Shown piece after piece: positions 61,489-64,000 of a stretch of DNA of 64,000 bases. Location of the stretch: assembly GCA_902576125.1 (NCBI GenBank), contig CACGUF010000005.1:18657-82656 (forward strand), written 5' to 3'. Every line of letters starts with the position of its first letter. Positions within the stretch are counted from its first letter, which is position 1. Position numbers and translations under genes: made by a program. The notes beneath the pieces were generated by a model, which did no database searches, was not told the origin of the DNA, and was given only the letters and a program-made list of their open reading frames with translations. Source of the stretch: an uncultured Alphaproteobacteria bacterium (GTDB lineage Bacteria; Pseudomonadota; Alphaproteobacteria; HIMB59; GCA-002718135).

Positions 61489-62486
61489 TACTCTTTTGCC
61501 ATTACCATATGTGAGATAAAATCTTGAGAACATTGTTTCCAAGTAAACTGCATGGCAAAATCTCTACAATCACTTCTTTTTATTTTTAGAGCTTTTTCTA
61601 GGGATTTTTCCAAATTTTCATCAAGTGCATCAACTTTTGTATCTTTCATAATATCCAGAGGTCCTACTACTGGAAAAGCCGCAACTGGTGTTCCTGATGA
61701 AAGAGCTTCTAATATAACATTTCCAAAAGTATCAGTCTTGGAAGGAAACACAAACACATCTGCATTAGCATAGAATTGTGCCAGCTCATCCCCTTTTTTT
61801 AGCCCTACAAATTTTACATCTGGATATTTTTTTTTAAGTTTTTGTAACTCTGGTCCATCCCCGACAACAGTTTTTTTCATTGTAGTTTTTAGTTCTAAAA
61901 AAGCTTTGATATTCTTTTCAATTGAAACTCTTCCAATATAGGTAATGTTTGTTTCATTATCTTTCCTTGTCCTTTTAGAAGGGTTAAATAAATTTGTGTC
62001 TACACCTCTTGCCCAAACTTTTAAATTTTGAAATTTGTATTTTGATAATTCGTTTATCATTGATTGAGTGGGCACTAACACTTTATCTGCATTTTTGTGA
62101 AAATTTCTTAAGTACCAATATGTAAGTTTACGAGGAACATAAATCCTTTTTTCAATATATTCAGGAAAGCGAGTATGAAATGATGTTGTATATTTCCATT
62201 TATGTTGATTGCAAAATGCAATCCCTGCTCTGCCAACCGGACCTTCAGTTAAGATATGAACTATGTCAGGGTTAAAAGAATAAAAAAAAGAACTTGTAAT
62301 TTTTTTTGTATTATAAGCAATTTTTATTTCTTTATACCATGGATACGAGAAATTTTTAAACATGCCTGGATGCAAAACTTTAACAATATATTTTTTTTCA
62401 ATACGAGGAATTATACTTAGAAAAGTATTCACTACTCCATTTATTTGAGGCAACCAAGCATCTGTAATTAAAGCAATTTTTTTCAT
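61488..62486 (-). CDS. GT4 glycosyltransferase (Agt-like glycolipid synthase)
   Basis: TDAWLPQINGVV, TEGPVG, SFHTRFPEY, RGVD, GRVSIEKN, FPSKTDTFG; coupled to plcP. Confidence 0.87.
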   Translation of the reverse strand: MKKIALITDAWLPQINGVVNTFLSIIPRIEKKYIVKVLHPGMFKNFSYPWYKEIKIAYNTKKITSSFFYSFNPDIVHILTEGPVGRAGIAFCNQHKWKYTTSFHTRFPEYIEKRIYVPRKLTYWYLRNFHKNADKVLVPTQSMINELSKYKFQNLKVWARGVDTNLFNPSKRTRKDNETNITYIGRVSIEKNIKAFLELKTTMKKTVVGDGPELQKLKKKYPDVKFVGLKKGDELAQFYANADVFVFPSKTDTFGNVILEALSSGTPVAAFPVVGPLDIMKDTKVDALDENLEKSLEKALKIKRSDCRDFAMQFTWKQCSQDFISHMVMAKE

Positions 62487-63272
62487 TTAATGCTCAAATT
62501 TCACTTTTCGTAATTTTTCTCGCTCCACAGGCCAATTAATCAATGATAGATTTCCAATGTCATCTTCAGCTAGAGCTGTACAACTCTCTACCCAGTCACC
62601 ATCATTGCAGTATAGAACTCCATTAAGCTTTTTTATTACCGGACGGTGAATATGCCCACATATTACAACATCTACCTTAGCCTTTTTAGCACTGTTAGTA
62701 ACTGCAAATTCAAAATTACTTATAAAGTTAGTAGCTCTTTTAGTTTGGCCTTTAAGATACTGAGACAAAGACCAATAAGATAAACCTAACTTTCTTCTCA
62801 AGTAGTTTACGACGTTGTTCATTTTTAATATCAATTCATAGAGCGCTGAACCGAGCTTTGCTAACCATTTTGCATTTAAAATTACAGCGTCAAACTCATC
62901 CCCATGGATTACAAGCGCTTTTCTGCCATCAGCTAGAATATGCTTATATTTTTTTTTAAAAGATATTTTACCAAAAGAAAAGTCGGCAAAGTCTTTCAAA
63001 ATCTCATCATGATTTCCAGGAATAAGTACTACCTTGGTTCCCTTTCGTGCTTTTCTTAATATTTTTTGAACAATATCATTATGTTCTTGGCTCCAATATA
63101 ATTTTTTTTTCATACTCCAACCATCAATGATATCACCCACTAAAAATAAATATCTAGACTCTGTGTTTTTGAGAAACTCTAAGAGCATTTCACTTTTACT
63201 TCCCTCTGTCCCAAGATGAAGGTCAGATATCCAAATAGATCTATAATTTTTATGAAAATTATTTTTTTTCAT
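62487..63272 (-). CDS. plcP: PlcP-like phospholipase C (LpxH/UDP-2,3-diacylglucosamine hydrolase family)
   Basis: ISDLHLG, LVGDIIDGW, PGNHD, HGDEFD, YWSLS, GHIH, NDGDWVESCTA; paired with the GT4 gene. Confidence 0.83.
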   Translation of the reverse strand: MKKNNFHKNYRSIWISDLHLGTEGSKSEMLLEFLKNTESRYLFLVGDIIDGWSMKKKLYWSQEHNDIVQKILRKARKGTKVVLIPGNHDEILKDFADFSFGKISFKKKYKHILADGRKALVIHGDEFDAVILNAKWLAKLGSALYELILKMNNVVNYLRRKLGLSYWSLSQYLKGQTKRATNFISNFEFAVTNSAKKAKVDVVICGHIHRPVIKKLNGVLYCNDGDWVESCTALAEDDIGNLSLINWPVEREKLRKVKFEH

Positions 63273-63298
63273 TAAGTTTCTCTAAATAAAAAAAAATT

Positions 63299-63333
63299 AT
63301 GAAACATTTATTTCAATGTAAAAAATTTGTAAC
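63299..63333. promoter_or_regulatory. back-to-back Pho-box-like repeats between plcP and the SET gene
   Basis: Minus strand TTGAAAT-AAAT-GTTTCAT (63299-63316) and plus strand ATGTAAA-AAAT-TTGTAAC (63316-63333). Confidence 0.6.
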
Positions 63334-63390
63334 AATAATTGAGTGGTATTAATTAGTTGTTTTAAGGCTAAATTTATTTATTAGATAAAT

Positions 63391-63888
63391 ATGCAAAAAC
63401 TTTGGTACAAAAAAAAATCAACCCTTCATGGCTCAGGACTGTTTGCTATTTCAAAAATAAAAAAAGGTGAAAAAATCATCCAATATATTGGAGACAAGGT
63501 TACAAAAAAAGAAGGAGATCGCCGTGCGGACATTCAGTTAAAAAAAGCTGAAAAGAATAAGAAAAACGGCATGGTGTATGTTTTCGAACTAAATACAAAA
63601 TACGATATTGATGGTGGGGTTGTAAGGAATTATGCAAGATTCATTAATCATTCTTGTGATCCAAATTGTGAAGTAGATATAACCAATAATGAAATTTGGA
63701 TATCTGCGATAAAGAATTTAAAAAAAGACACAGAACTAACATATAACTATGGCTATCCTTTTGATAGCGATTTTGAGGATCATATTTGTAAATGTGGATC
63801 CAAAAAATGCGTAGGCTATATTTTAAGTGATGATGATTGGCCTAAATTAAAAAAATATGAAAAAAAACATAAAAAAAGCACTAGATAA
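63391..63888 (+). CDS. SET-domain protein (lysine methyltransferase fold) with post-SET Cys motif
   Basis: HGSGLFA, ARFINHSCDPNC, ELTYNY, CKCGSKKCVG. Confidence 0.92.
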   Translation: MQKLWYKKKSTLHGSGLFAISKIKKGEKIIQYIGDKVTKKEGDRRADIQLKKAEKNKKNGMVYVFELNTKYDIDGGVVRNYARFINHSCDPNCEVDITNNEIWISAIKNLKKDTELTYNYGYPFDSDFEDHICKCGSKKCVGYILSDDDWPKLKKYEKKHKKSTR

Positions 63889-64000
63889 AACACCTTTAAT
63901 TACAATTGTTATCGATATTGATAGGAATGTCACTTACTATAATAATTTTGCTAAACAAAAATTTCTTTTTCTTGAAGAAGGAAGGGATATCAATGCTGTA
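63857..64000 (+). CDS. 5' end of a PAS-domain protein, possibly sensor kinase PhoR (runs off the window end)
   Basis: Not in ORF track. Open frame MKKNIKKALDKTPLITIVIDIDRNVTYYNNFAKQKFLFLEEGRDINAV resembles a PAS N-terminus (LD..P..I.V.D....V.Y.N..A); phosphate-regulon context. Confidence 0.45.
   Translation, partial: MKKNIKKALDKTPLITIVIDIDRNVTYYNNFAKQKFLFLEEGRDINAV

Overview
AT-rich, very gene-dense bacterial DNA with short or overlapping intergenic spaces. Gene content and style suggest a streamlined marine alphaproteobacterium (SAR11/HIMB59-like; inference, not established). Left part (1-32 kb): housekeeping genes (katG, ribA, hisI, hemB, thrS, cysS), a compact pabB-pabA-pabC-folP-folB-folK folate operon with no folE but an adjacent orphan trpF-like gene, nucleoside salvage genes, a sigma32/ROSE-controlled small heat-shock gene, a HupE/UreJ metal module, an Fe3+ ABC transporter with an Irr-like box, and msrPQ. 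Right part (32-64 kb): a large phosphorus-acquisition region. It holds a ~21 kb phosphonate catabolic island: phnW, phnY, phnA, phnZ, a phosphonate-associated Fe-ADH, a GpdQ-like phosphodiesterase, two atypical ABC importers, and MetE-core, SAM-MT-like, ureidoglycolate-lyase-like, SDR and choline-kinase-like accessory genes. After it come Pit/DUF47, arsC, ppk/ppx, an aquaporin, plcP plus a glycosyltransferase for lipid remodelling, a SET-domain gene and a probable PAS/PhoR start, with several related Pho-box-like repeats. Top candidates for new biology: an extended phosphonate-ester/N-methyl-phosphonate catabolic system, and a possible RibA+TrpF (Chlamydia-type) bypass of FolE. No rRNA, tRNA, CRISPR or mobile element was recognised. 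All family calls come from motif recognition by eye; no searches were run.
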